Positions 42,063 through 57,424 of a stretch of DNA of 64,000 bases are shown here, one piece after another (position 1 is the stretch's first letter; each line of letters opens with the position of its first letter). The position numbers were made by a program, and so were the translations under genes. The notes beneath the pieces were generated by a model, which ran no database searches, was not told where the DNA came from, and saw only the letters and a program-made list of their open reading frames with translations. The DNA is from the human T2T-CHM13v2.0 reference genome, Homo sapiens. Location of the stretch: the NCBI GenBank assembly GCA_009914755.4, contig CP068257.2:7552001-7616000 (forward strand). Direction: 5' to 3'.

Positions 42063-43035
42063 AATCCCTGCGATATGTGTAGTGACTTCATACTTCACCC
42101 CCCCCCGGATATTACGGCCAATATCAGAGTGGAGTGTGCACCCCCTGCAATATGGGGAGTGATATCATCCTCTCCCCACTGGATGTTATGGACAATATCA
42201 CAGGAGGTTTACTTTCTCTGGGTTATGGGGAAAAATATCCTCCTGTCCCCGCCTGGATGTTAGACATATTTAGAGGGGGGTGTCCACCCCCTGTGATATG
42301 GGGAGTAGTAATATCCTCTCCTGCCCTGGATGTTATGGACAATATATAGGGAGATGTACAATCCCTTCGATATGGGGAGTAATATCATCCTCTTCCCCCT
42401 AAACGTTACGAACAGTATCACAGGGGGATGTACACCCCCTGCAATATCTGGAGTAGTATCATCCCCTTCTTCCCTAAATGTTACAGAGACTATCACAGGG
42501 GTGTGTACACCTTCTGAAACATGGGAATAATATTCTCTTCCCCTCTGGATGTTATTATGGACAACATTACAGCCGTGTGCACCCTCTATGATATGCAGAG
42601 TAATATCATCCTCTCCCCCCCGGATGTAAGTGACAATACCACAAACGGGTTTACATCCCCCGTGATATGGGGAGTAATATCATCCTCTTTCCCACTGGAT
42701 ATTAACAATATCACTTGGGGTGTGCAACCCCTGTGATATTCTGGATAATATCTTCTAATCCACTGAAAGTTATAAACAATATCACCAGTGTACACTCCCT
42801 GTGATATTGGAAGTAATATCATCCTCTAATCCCCTAAAAATTATGAACAGTATCACAGGGGAGTGTATACTTCCTACTATATTGGGAGTAATATCATCCT
42901 GTCGTCTTCTAAATATTATGAACAATATTACAGGGGATGTAACACTCCCTGCCATATGTGGAGTAATATCATCCTCTCCTTCCCTAAATATTGTGAACAA
43001 TATCACAGGAGGTTGTACACAATCTGCGATATTGT
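42063..43035 (-). repeat. Tandem ~72-bp array, orientation B, resuming immediately after the NUMT
   Basis: ccctgcgatatgtgtagtgacttcatacttcaccccccccggatattacggccaatatcagagtggagtgtgcaccccctgcaatatggggagtgatatcatcctctcc…. Confidence 0.9.
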
Positions 43036-45707
43036 TTGTAGTATCCAGTGGGAAAGAGGATGCTATTACTCCCCATATCACAGGGGTTGTACACCCCCAC
43101 TGTGATATATTCAATAACATCCAGAAGTAATATTACTGACAAAATTGCAGGGGGTGTAAACCCCACCTGTGATAACGTTCCTAATATCCCTGGGAAGAGA
43201 GGATGATATTATTCCCAATATTGCAGGGGGTGTACACCCACCCTATGATATTGTTATTAATACCCAGGAGGGGAGACAATGGTATTACTCACAGTATCAA
43301 AGAGGTTGTACAGCCCCCCTGTGATAGTTTCTAATATCCAGGGGGTGTATACCACCCTTGTGATATTGTTTCTAATATGTAGGGGGAAGGACAATGATAT
43401 TACTGTCCGTATCACAGGGGGTGTACAACAAGCCGCCCGGGATATCATTCCTAATATCCATGGGAAGAAAGAATATTATAATATCACAGAAGTTGTACAC
43501 CCCCTCTGTGATATTGTTCCTAATATCAAAGACAGAAGGGTATGATGTTCTTCCCAAAATCACAGGAAGTGTATACACACCCTGTGCTATTTTTCCTAAT
43601 ATCGAGAGTGAGAGACAATGATACTTCCAATATCGTAAGGAGTGTACACTCTCCCCATGATAGCAGGTGGGGAAATGTTGATATTACTCCAAATGTCACA
43701 GTGGGTGTACACACGTTTTGCGATATTGTTCCTAATAGCAAGTGGGGAGGAGGATTGTATTACTCCCACCATATTACTCCCCACACCCCATTATACTGTT
43801 CTTAATATCCAGATTTGGAGAGGATGATATTACTCCCAAAATCTCAGGAGGTGTAGACCCCTTCTGTGATACTGTTTCTTATATCCAGGGGAAGACTAGA
43901 TGATAGTACTCCCAACAGTGCAGGGTGTTACACGCCACCCCCCATGATATTGTCTCTAATATCAAGTTGGGGAGAGGATGATATTGCTCCAAAGGTGCAC
44001 ACCAGCACTGTGATATTATTCCTAGTATCCAGAGAAGGAGAGAATGGTATTATTTTTAATATCACAGAGGGTGCACACCCCCCTTGTGATACTGCTCCTA
44101 ACATCCAAGGGGTAGAGGATGAAATTACTCCCAATATCACAGTGGGTATAAACCCCCCGTGGTATTGTTCCTAATATCCAGGGGGTATAGGATGATAGTA
44201 CTATAAATATCGCAAGGGGTGTACACCCTTCTGATATTGTTACTAATATCCGTGGGGGGAGTCGATGATATTACTTCCAATATCACAGGGCATGTACACC
44301 CCCCTTGTGATATTGTTCCTAATATCCTGGGAGGAGACTACGATATTACTGGCAATATCGCAGGGTGTGTGCATTCCCGTGATATTGTTCCTAATGTCCA
44401 GCAATGGAGAAAATATTACTCCCAATATGGTGGGGGTGTACACTTCCCATGCGATATCATTCCTAATATCCATGGGGGAAAAGGATGATATTACTCTAAA
44501 TGTCGCAGGAGGTGTAAACCGCCCCTGTGATATTGTTCTCAATATCCATGGGGGGAGAGAATGATATTACTCCCAATATCACAGGTGGTGTACACCCCTC
44601 CTGTTATATTATTCCTAATATCCAGGTTGGGAGAGAATAATATTACAGGTAAAATAGCAGGGGGTGTACACTCCGCCTGTGATATTGTTCCTAATATCTC
44701 GGGGAAGAGTGGACAATATTACTCTCAATATCGCAGGATGTGTACACCCCCTTTGTGATATTGTTCCTAATATCCATAGGGGGAGAGGGTGATACCACTC
44801 CCAATAGTGCAGAAAAGGTACAGCCCCGCTGTGATATCATTCCTAATATCCAGAGGGGACAGGATGATATTACTCCCAATATCAGAGAGGGCATACACCC
44901 CCTCCCCATGATATTGTTCATAATACCCAGGGGGTAGAGGATGATATTACTCCCAATATCACAGTGGGTGTACAACCACCCTGTGATATTGTTCCTTATA
45001 TTCGGGGGAGAGACAATGATATAGCTGTCCATATTGCAGGTGGTGTACAACCCCCTGGGAATTTGTTCCTAATATTCAGTGGGGAAGATGATATTAATTA
45101 AAATGTCACGGGGGTTATACAACCCCTTTGTGATATTATTCCTAATATCCAGGGAAAGAAAGAATATTATTCCCAATATTGCAGGGGATGTACACCCCTC
45201 TCTGATACTCTTTCTAATATCCCTGGGGGGAGTCTATAATATTACTGGCAATATCATAAGGAGTGTATACCCCCCGTTATATTGTTCCTTATGTCCAGCA
45301 AGGGAGAAAATATTAATCCCAATATGGAACAGGGTGTAGACACCCATGAGTTATTGTTCCTAATATCCAGGGAGGGAAAGGATGATATTACTCCCAATGT
45401 TGCAGTGGTGTATAACCCCCCGTGATATTGTTCCTAATATCTAGGTGGGGAAAGTACAGTATTACTCCCAATATAGCAGGGGTTGTACACCACCTTTGTG
45501 ATATTGTTCTACATATCCATGGGGAAAGAAAATGATAGTACTCCCCAATATCACAGGTGGTGTACAACCCCTTGTGATACTGTTTCTAATATCCATGTTG
45601 GGGGAGGATATTACTCCCAATATTGCACGTGTTGCACAGACCCCCTTTGATATTGCTTGTACTATGCAGGGTGTGGGGGGAGAGGATGATATTGGGAGTA
45701 ATATCAC
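43035..45707 (+). repeat. Tandem ~72-bp array, orientation A
   Basis: Unit starts at 44233, 44308, 44380 and 44452 (periods 75, 72, 72). The switch from B occurs within the palindromic core at ~43035 (…acaggaggttgtacacaatctgcgatat|tgtttgtagtatccagtgggaaagaggatg…). Confidence 0.9.
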
Positions 45708-45832
45708 CCTCTCTCCCCGGATATTAAAAGCAACATTCAGGGTGGTCGACACTTCCTGCAATATTGAGTATAATATCCTCTCCCAACCTGGATATTAGGA
45801 ACAATATCACAGGGGCATGTACACTCCCTTCC
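45707..45832 (-). repeat. Tandem array, orientation B (terminal ~1.5 units), ending at an L1 fragment
   Basis: …gaggatgatatt|gggagtaatatcaccctctctccccggatattaaaagcaacattcagggtggtcgacacttcctgcaatattgagtataatatcctctcccaacctggatattaggaacaatatcacagg. Confidence 0.8.
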
Positions 45833-45834
45833 TT

Positions 45835-46170
45835 TCACCATATACAAAAATCAACTCAAGATGGATGAAGGACTTATGTAAGACCCAAAACTATATAAAC
45901 CCTAGAAGAAAACTTAGGAAATATCATTCTGGACATAGGCGCAGGCAAATATTTCATGATGAAGATTCCAAAAGCAATTGCAACAAGAAGAATTGACGAG
46001 TGGGACCTAATGAAACTAAAGAGCTTCAGCACAGCAAAAGAAACTATCAACAGAGAACACCCTACAGAACAGAAGAAAATATTTTCAAATTACATATCTG
46101 AAAAAGGTCTAATACTTAGCATGTATAAAGAATCAATAAGCAAAAAACAAACCCACTACAAATAGGCAAA
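45835..46170 (+). mobile_element. L1 ORF2-derived fragment (sense)
   Basis: ttcaccatatacaaaaatcaactcaagatggatgaaggacttatgtaagacccaaaactatataaaccctagaagaaaacttaggaa… (L1 ORF2: …FTPYTKINSKWIKDLNV…). Confidence 0.8.
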
Positions 46171-46282
46171 GAACATGAACCCCCACATTCACCATCCTCA
46201 AGTCCATGTGCAACTTCTTTCTGGATGCTGGACAAGGACTTGGGTACCAAGAGGGCACTGAACGGGTTAACACTTAAGCCGT

Positions 46283-46480
46283 CTGTGGATTCTTTTTTCA
46301 AAAGACAACGTATGTATGGCAAACAACCATATGAAAAAATACTCAACATCACTAATCATCAGAAAATCAGAACCATGAGATACCATATCACACCGGTCAG
46401 AATGGCTATTATTAAAAAATCAAAACATAACAGACGGTGCCAAGTTTGTGGAAAAAAGGGAATGCTTATACACTGCTGGT
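46283..46480 (+). mobile_element. L1 ORF2 3'-region fragment
   Basis: ORF 46225-46485 reads …[46 protein letters not shown], the conserved L1 ORF2 C-terminal motif. Confidence 0.8.
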
Positions 46481-47230
46481 GGTGATATAGAAAGGAGACA
46501 GGGAACTACTGGGTAGAAGAGAGTGGTTCCCTGGCAAAGCCCTGCCCACAAGCCTGGAAACCCATGGCCCTAAATGGGAACAGGCATTCCTGCTTTTGCA
46601 CCCAAAAGTTGTCTTTCAGCTCACCATGCACCCCCTGTCCTGTACCCATATATGCCCCAGACCCCAGGCTCCAGAAGCAGACAAGCAGATGAGGAGATGA
46701 ACAGAAGAGGAGAATTGCAGAATGATGTGGCAGAAAGAAGAGAAGGAGCATCTGAATGCCAAGACGAGTTTGGCTGGCAGTGGTTGGAGAGATCAGCCTC
46801 TGGATGGCAAAGCTCCCGGGGAAGATCATCTTCCCATTCCATCCCCTTTCCAGCTTCCCATCCATCCCATTGAGTGCCACCTCCACCACTCAATAAAACC
46901 CCCACATTCACCATCCTCAAGTCTGTGTGCAACTTAATTCTTTCTGGATGCTGGACAAGGAACTGGGTACCAAGAGGGCACTGAACAGGTTAACACTTAA
47001 GCCATCTGTGGATGGCAAAGCTAAAAGAGTGCACTGTAACACATGCCCACTTGGGCTGTGGGAGTCGCAGGAACCCACCCCTAGACAGTACCATGGCCAC
47101 TTGCCCTGCCTATTGCACCTGCCTGTCTGCATGCCTCCCTGCCCAGTAAGGGGTTTGACAGCACACACGGTGGCCAGACAAGCCACACCCCTGTTGCACA
47201 TCCTGCCAAGGGGAGTCAGGGAAGTCTCCA
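46480..47230. mobile_element. Unclassified LTR/ERV-like insert splitting the L1, with an internal ~115-bp direct repeat
   Basis: cccccacattcaccatcctcaagtc..gtgcaactt…ctttctggatgctggacaagga.ttgggtaccaagagggcactgaac.ggttaacacttaagcc.tctgtgga occurs at 46167-46282 and again at 46900-47015; body contains …cactcaataaaaccc (poly-A signal-like). The family is not identified. Confidence 0.3.
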
Positions 47231-47860
47231 GTTTCATCAGGAATGTAAATTTGTTCAGCCATTGTGGAAAGCAGTTTGGAGATTTCTGAAATAACTTAAA
47301 ACAGAACTACCATTCAACCCAGCAATCCCATTATTGGGTATATACCCAAAGGAATATAAATCATTCTGTCATAGACATATGTACGCAAATTTTCATTATA
47401 ACACTATTCACAATAGCAAAGACACGGAATCAACTTAGATGCCTGTTAACAGAAGACTGGATTAAAAAAATGCAGCGTACATACACCATGGAATACTACA
47501 CACCTATAAAATAGGATGAAATAATGTCTTTTGCAGCAACATGATTGGAGCTGGATACCATTATTCTAAGTGAATTAATGCAGGAACAGAAAACCACACA
47601 AACACTGCATGTTCTCACTTATAAGTGGGGGCTAAACATTGAGTCCACATGGACACAGAGAAGGGAACAATAGACACAAGGTCTACTGTGGGTGGAGAGT
47701 TGGGGGAGAGTGAGGATCAAAAAACTCCCTATTAGATACTACGTTCACTACCTGGATGACTACGTAATCTGTACACCAATCCCATTGACACACATTTTAC
47801 CCATATAATAAACCTGCACATGTACCCGCTGAACCTAAAATAAATGTTGGAAGGAAATAA
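47230..47860 (+). mobile_element. L1 3' end (ORF2 C-terminus plus 3' UTR), sense
   Basis: gaatgtaaatttgttcagccattgtggaaagcagtttggagatttctgaaataacttaaaacagaactaccattcaacccagcaatcccattattgggtatatacccaaaggaatataaatcattc… tacaccaatcccattgacacacattttacccatataataaacctgcacatgtaccc. Confidence 0.85.
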
Positions 47861-49695
47861 AGTTACAACCAACTCTTGTACTATTGTGAGGAAACAATCA
47901 TATGTGTTGACAAAAAATCAGCTACTAATAGATTTATAATAGTATATATGTAGCAGAAAAATATCAGATATAACTTATATACCCAAAAGTATGATTTAAA
48001 AACAGCATGACAATCTTTATGATGGGATATTGTGCAACTACTAGAAGCACATTTTCAGAGATTATTTATTAACATATGATAATGACTACATTGAGTGGTT
48101 TTTAGAAGCATGAATTGAAACCATGTATAAGCATGACTTTATTGAACTTATATATAACATTACACACACGTTTACATAATTATAAAATAAGTATGCTCAT
48201 GTTCATAATATGTATTTATTTATATTCATATGTAAGGCCAATAGGAAGTAATCTCTGTATCTGAGTTATTATTTCATAAATAATTTATGCTTGTTCTGTG
48301 AAAATAAAAACACTGCTATGGATCTTCCAAGTATCCTGAAAGGATACCGTTTATAATTAAACAATAACAATTTTAGAAATAATTATTTTAAATAAGGCTA
48401 TGATAAATCTGGTTTCATTGCACACTTTAACTTTGGAACATTTCATGAAGCGTCCCTTGATCACGACTCTCATATTCAGGAGTTTTTTGAGATCAAAATG
48501 GGACAATCAGTATGAATCTATTTTTTAGACATGCAAATGGATAACTTTAAATAGCAGTAGCGATATAATCAGAGTGCACAGTTGCTCTGGGACAAAACTT
48601 GGAAATGAGCAAATTTTTAGATTCTTAATGTTTTACACACTTTAGCATTCCACAGCACCATTACATACTCATTTTTCTACTAGAATACCTTGGTAAAAAT
48701 TCACAGTAGAGATCAGGCTTGTCCTTCATACATTAACTAATCAAGTAGGAAAGTGCAAATGAGAACATAGTGCCAAACATAGGCACCACATGGAAACAAG
48801 CATGGAACTGCCAGGAAGCCATTTTTGTAGCTTTGTAGCCCAATTATATTTTTCCTAATGTATTGCACACAAAACTTGGGGGAAAAAAAAGAGGCAGAGA
48901 GAAAACAGGTTATATCAGTCCTATCTCACAATCCACAAGTTCATCCTGTTAGAGGAGTAACTATGTAAAACAAATTTTATCTGTTGAATGTCCTATTTAG
49001 TTAATCGCAAAACTGTACGAGAACACACTTGTGACTTATTTAGCAGCTTGTTTGTTCGCTTTCCACTGGCTTCACAAATGTCCTTTGGAAATAGAATGTA
49101 CATTTGGAACCTTGTACACCTTTTCTTTCTCCAGTACCCTCTTGTCACTTCCATCACTAAGGTGACAGAAGCAACTAGGGGCAATGCATTTGTAGCACAC
49201 CTGGGTCAGAGGTATCCTCCAGGGGAAGGATCAGACCTGCTTGAAAGCATGTCGTTGGAATTGGGAGGCTTTTAGTAGCTATAACATAAGCACTGATGTT
49301 TACTGTTCCCTGCCCTCCACTTTGATCACTCTGGGAAACGTTTTTTTTTCTTAAAAAATCAATTGTATTGAAACATAATTTACATAAAATAAATACTATT
49401 TTAAAGTGCACAGTTTGCTGAGTTTTGCCAGGTGTAACCATCCAGGTGAATGAAATTGATTAAACTGATCTTTCAAATAATAAATTAACTTTGCAATCTT
49501 GCTAGAAATTTAATTGGTTCACAGTTTATTATCCATTCTATGTACTGCTACATTCAATTGGTTATTATGTTTTAAGGACTTTTGAGTCTATGTTTATGAG
49601 GGATAAACATCAAAGTTGTATAATGCCTTTGTCTCGATTTGGAATCGGCAATACTGGGTTCATAAAATAAGATAGGAAATGTCCCTTTAAATTTT

Positions 49696-50000
<305 letters not shown>

Positions 50001-51593
50001 TTAAATTCTATTTCTTAAAAAGAGTCCGTTCAAGATTGATGTTATAGATACTCCTCAACTTACAATTGTTTTATGTCTTAATGAACTCATCCTAAATTGA
50101 AAATATTGTAAGTCTAAAACGCATTTAATATATTTAACCTACTGAATATCATGACTTAGCCTCGCCTACCTTAAACTTGCTCAGAACACTTACATTATCC
50201 TACAATTGGGCAAAATCATCTACCACAAGGCCCATTTTAAAATATTGAGTATCTCATGAAATTTATTGAAAACTATACTGATAGTGAAAAACTGGTCATA
50301 TTGATGCTCATCATTAACGTACACAGATGAAAGCACCATTATCAAGTAAGAAGAGCACAAGTCAAGCCACTGTAAGTTGAGGACTCTCTGTACTTTCTTA
50401 AATGTTTGATAGAATTCACCTGAGAAAGCATGTAGCCTGTAATTATAGAAATCTTTTTTAATTAAAAAAATTCTTCAATACATAGAGAAGCTATTACTTT
50501 TTCTATTTCATTTTGCATTAGTTTTAAGAATTAGTTTTACAAATAATTTCCCATGTTATTTTAATTGTCAAATGTATTGGCCTAAAGTTTTCATAATTAT
50601 ATTGATGTCTGTAGGTTCTGTAGTTACATCCTCTATTTAATTCCCATTATCTACATTATGTAGCTTCTGTAATTTTTTTCGAGATAAATCTTGCTAGCCA
50701 TTGTTTATTAAAAAATTTTTTTCAAAGAACCAATTTGTGGGTATATTAATTAGCTCCACCTTTTGTTATTTGCTATGTTGTTGGTTTACATTTTTATCTT
50801 TATCATCTTCCTTCCTCTTAATTTGGATATACTTTGCTCATTTTTTAGCCTCTTAAAAAAGAACCTAAAGGTCATTGATTGAAGCCTTTTATTTTCAATA
50901 TATTACATCTATAAATGTACCTTTAAGAAACGATTTATCTGCATCCCACATTTTATTAAGTTTTTAAAAAATTTTCTTTCAGTTTAAACTATTTTTTTTG
51001 TGTGTGAAACTTTTCTTGGCCAATAGGCTTTTCTGAAGTATTTTGTGTAATGTTCAAATGTTGGGGTGTTATTGTACATATCCTACTGTTGTCCATCTCT
51101 GGTTCATGATACAATGCATGTTCTCCATTGCACTTAGATAACATGCCTCCATGTCTCTGGAGAATTCCTCAGTCTTTCTAAAATGCTTTTGATGAATACT
51201 GGCAGTTATTTTGTAGAATGTCCCTCCTCAATTTCAGTTAGTCTGATGTTTTCTCACGGTTAGGACTAAAGTTATACATTTTGTCTAAGAATACCATAGA
51301 ATTGATGTTTTGTCCTACTCAGTGCATCATATAAGAAGTTACATGAAGTTCATTTATCTTATTATTAGTAATGTTAACTTTGATCACTTGGCTAAGTTGA
51401 CATCTCCACTTTGAAGTTACTATTCTGTAATTATCTTGTGGGAAGATACTTTCATATTATGCAAATATGTTCTTTCCCAACATATACTCACCACTAATCT
51501 TAGCATCCCTCCAAGGTTCTTTCTTGCAACAATTATTACTATGATATTTGCAAAGTGATGATTCTTATATTTTATGTCTCCTACATTTAATGA

Positions 51594-51947
<354 letters not shown>

Positions 51948-53271
51948 TGGATTAATTGAAAATTTTCTTCTGTAGATTGTAATATATTACTATTGTTATC
52001 TATTTTATTGCCCCAATTTTCTCAAATTTGGCTATGGAAGTTTATTCAAAGTGGATCTGTTTCCCTTTCACATTTTCCCCATTTTGTGAGCATTTCCTTA
52101 CTTCCTAACATGACAAAATATTTCAAACTAATCTTGTATTTTCCCTGCCCAATCCTGATATCAAATATGTCCCCAAGGAGCCTTGGTTCCTTTAATTGGA
52201 GAGTGGTGTTCTCATTGTTACTGGGATGATGTTGTTTCTAGGCCCTTTTGTTAGAGGAGCTAGAAAATATATGTATGTATACTCACACATTTATACACAT
52301 CTGTACTTATTTATACAATTATCCATCTGTACGTATACTAAAAACAATGATTTCATGAAGCTTTTGATCCCAATCCAACACTAGATAAAGACTATATAGG
52401 CCCATTTATTTGCAAGTCAGCACATAAACATAGAAGAATTATTAACAATATAAGCTGTAGCTTATGCTAAATGTTGGTAGGAACAGACAATAAGTTATGG
52501 AGAACTTCAGAGGACACTAAGGTTGGATGGGATTTTGGAAGTTGTACAGGTCAATGCCACTCCATCTATTGGCTGAGTTTCACTAGGTTAATACATGAAC
52601 AACAACAAAAATAACCTAGATCAGAAGTTAAAGATCATTTTATTGACTATCTGCCGTGTCTGTGCCATTGCAGTGTACTAGGTGCACTTACGAGTCCTCT
52701 ACTTACAAACTGCTTTTCACAAAATATGAAACTCCAGGCAAAGGTTCAGACATACGACGTTTGTTTTTAAAATCTTTCTACAGCCTTGTATCCTTTTTCC
52801 TTTCCTTCCTTTTACCCTTTTTAAAATGTGTTATGAGTTTTATCTTAGACTAACATCATCTGAAATGTTGCTATACGCCAGTATTCAGTTGCTGTGTTTG
52901 ATGAATCATAAAATGGTGTAAAACTTCAATTAGTGTACTTTTTAAATAAAGTATCTATGAATGCATCCAGCAAAATGTTTATGATTTGAGTATTCAGAAA
53001 ATATTACTTTTCTCTGGATCTAACAATAATGTGAAAACCCAAAATGAATATAAAATGTTAGCTAATAATAGATTTCAAAGTATTCTACAAGTACGAAAAA
53101 TATATGATATTGTTACTTTCATATATGTAAAACACTAATAATTTTTGTCAACATAAACATCATCTTTACACCTAAACTTGTATTAATTCAATTAAGATTT
53201 AATATAGTATCCTAAAGTCATCAAATATTCAAAAATAGGTTGTATTCTGACTTGAAATATACATAAAATTA

Positions 53272-53643
<372 letters not shown>

Positions 53644-54235
53644 CTAATAATCCTGAGTTTGGTTTTCTTGGTTTTATTTTTTCATTTAGTTTTGTTCACT
53701 TTGACCAGTGGGCTGGTGGTTCTTAGGTGCACCAAGGTTTTCATTTTTCAGTTCAAGATTTGAAAACCTTAATGTGGTAATTTCTCTAATTTTTTTGACA
53801 GTTACGTCCCAGGTTGCAAGTTAAAATAAAATTCCCATTTTACTAAAGTCCTTGGTTTATTAATGATTTTATAATGACTTAATATATAATTTAATGAGTA
53901 ATGAGGGGTACTACATTTCAGAAATAAACACTGAAGAACTTATTCATGGAACCAAACACCACCTGTTTCTCAAACACCTATTAAAATAAAAATACATATA
54001 AATAATTTTTAAAAATAAACACTAAAAATAAAGTGAAAATGAAAAAATATATATCCAGGTTAAAAAAAAAACTACTTCAGTTAAACAATAAATACTTTTT
54101 GGGGGGACTCAACTCTACTACAAAATTATTCGTTGTTTATTATAATCAATAATACAGGTAAAATAATAAGTTTTTAAAAATTTAAAAATTGTAAAAAATA
54201 AAACGATATTAACAAATATTGGTATACTGGTGAAG

Positions 54236-54570
54236 GCCGGGCTCAGTGGCTGCTTTCCAAAGTGGTTACACCAGTCGGGCATGGTGGCACACACCTGTAA
54301 TCTCAGCACTTCCGGAAGCTGAAGCAGGCAGATCACTTGAGCTCAGGAGTTTGACACAAACCTGGGCTACATGACAACACCCCATTTCTACCAAAAACTG
54401 TAAAAATCAGCTGCTCATGATAGCATGCACCTGTAAGTCCCAGCTACTTAGGAGGCTGAGGTGAGAGGATCACTTGTGCCTGGAAGGTCACAGCTGCACT
54501 GGCCATGTTCATGTCACTGCACTCCAGCCTGCGCAACAGAGCAAGATTTTGTCTCAAAAAAAAAAAAAAA
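54236..54570 (+). mobile_element. Alu, sense, carrying a 21-bp non-Alu insert near its 5' end
   Basis: ggccgggctcagtggct[gctttccaaagtggttacacc]agtcgggcatggtggcacacacctgtaatctcagcacttccggaagctgaagcaggcagatcacttgagctcaggagtttgac…; A15 tail. Confidence 0.85.
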
Positions 54571-54679
54571 GTTGGTGACAATTGGAATACTTGGAACTCA
54601 CATACATTACTGGTGGGAATATAAAATGGTGTAATCAATTTGGGTGTTTTCTTGGCATTTGATTTTTTTAAAAAATCAA

Positions 54680-54792
54680 GATATTGTTTCCCTATGTTGC
54701 CCAGGGTGGTCCTGAACTCCCGAGCTAAGAAAATCCTCCAAACTCAGCGTCTCAAATACCTGAGATTAAAGGTGTGAGCCACTGTGCCTGAC
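54680..54792 (-). mobile_element. Alu left-arm fragment, antisense
   Basis: tgttgcccagggtggtcctgaactcccgagctaagaaaatcctccaaactcagcgtctcaaatacctgagattaaaggtgtgagccactgtgcctgacc. Confidence 0.8.
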
Positions 54793-55359
54793 CAGTGTAA
54801 CCACTTTGAAAAACAACGTGGCAGTTTCTCAAAGACTAAATGTATAGTAATCACATAATGCAACAATTTCACTCCTGAGTGTAAATCCAAGAGAAATAAA
54901 AATATATGTTCACACTAAAACTTACGTACGAGTGTTCATAGCAGCCTGACTCATGATGGTGAATACGCAAAAACAACACAAATGTCCATCAACTAATGAA
55001 TGGATAAACATAAAATATTACTCAGCTACAAAAGGAAAGAAATCCTGATACACACTATAACATGAAAGAAATTTGAAAACATTCTGCTAAGAGAAAAAAA
55101 AGCAAATTACAAAAGATCACACATTGTACAATTCTATTTCTATAAAAGGTCCAGATTAGGCAAAACTACAATGACAGAAAATAAATCACTGGTTGCCTAT
55201 GAACATGGGGTACGTAGGAGGTAGCGGCTAAGAGGTGAGGGTTTCTCACTCATAAGTGGGTAACTCACAAGTGGGTAATCACTTCTAAGAAAGACTGTGG
55301 TGATGGATGCACAGCTCCTTGAATATTCTAAAAACCACTCAATTGTATACTTTCTTTTT

Positions 55360-55654
55360 TTCTTTAGTTATTTAAAGACGGTCTCCTTTTGTCACCCATG
55401 CTGTAGTGCAGTGGTGCCATCTGGTCTCACTGCAACCTATGGCTTCTGGGCTCAAGTGATCTTCCAGTCTCATGTCCCCAAGTAGTTGGGACTACAGGCA
55501 TGAGCCACCACACCAAGCTAATTTTTGTATTTTTGCTAGAGATGCTGTTTTGCCATGTTGCCCAGGCTAGTCGCAAACTCCTGAACACAAGCGATCCACC
55601 TGCCTCAGCTGCCCAAAGTCTTAGCGTTATAGGAATTAGCCACTGCACCTGGCC
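55360..55654 (-). mobile_element. Alu (older), antisense
   Basis: agacggtctccttttgtcacccatgctgtagtgcagtggtgccatctggtctcactgcaacctatggcttctgggctcaagtgatcttcc…ggaattagccactgcacctggcc. Confidence 0.85.
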
Positions 55655-55726
55655 TGAATTGTGTACTTTGATAAATGAATTGCATGATACGTTAATCATA
55701 TTTCAATAACGTTATTATTTTAAAAA

Positions 55727-56363
<637 letters not shown>

Positions 56364-56658
56364 TTATCACCTTCTGAGAGTAATCAACATTCAGGAGGAA
56401 CATAGAAGAACAAAAGACCACTGAATGGTTGAGGGTGGGTTGCTGGTTAGGTTCAGTGGCCAGCTGAGTAGTATCTGAAAAATTCTTTAGTAAAATTATG
56501 GCACTAGGGGTGAGTCATGCAGTCGAAGGATGAATACTAAATCCAGTACAAACACCCATGGTCTTTCTTTACATGAATTCCAGTGAAAAATTTCTAAGTG
56601 CCTAAAATAGCAAGTGGTCTGAAATGATGGCAGCAGTTTATTAAAGACTGAAAAAAGA

Positions 56659-57021
<363 letters not shown>

Positions 57022-57424
57022 CTACTGATTTGAGTTAGCCAATATAACACTATCTTAGATAAAGTGTACAAACAACTCAATTTCATCTCCTCATTAATAA
57101 CTGATTAGTCTAATATCAATTCTGATTTTTAAAAAGCTAATTAGAAAAAGAATTAATTATAGAATCAATAAGAGGTTTGAATAGTTACAAGCTATTCAAA
57201 GGAGAATTCAAAAAACCATTCAGGTATGAGGCCATAAAGTATGATGAAATAAATTTCATTAATATATTTTAAAATAAACTGATTAGACAGGCAACAACAC
57301 CTGGGCACGGGTCTCCTCACCTCCAGCAACACAAACCCAATCGCGCAGCTATGGGGTTGCAAAGGCTGCATAGTGACAAACAGACTGCTCTGAGCTGAGA
57401 TTTCTTTACTTGTATCTGTATTCT

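Noticed and set aside
46506-47289. Overlapping 100-127 aa ORFs on both strands (e.g. 46506-46889, 46927-47289)
   Set aside because: They lie in the GC-rich LTR-like insert and are mutually antisense without homology. They are typical of open frames in GC-rich repeat DNA.
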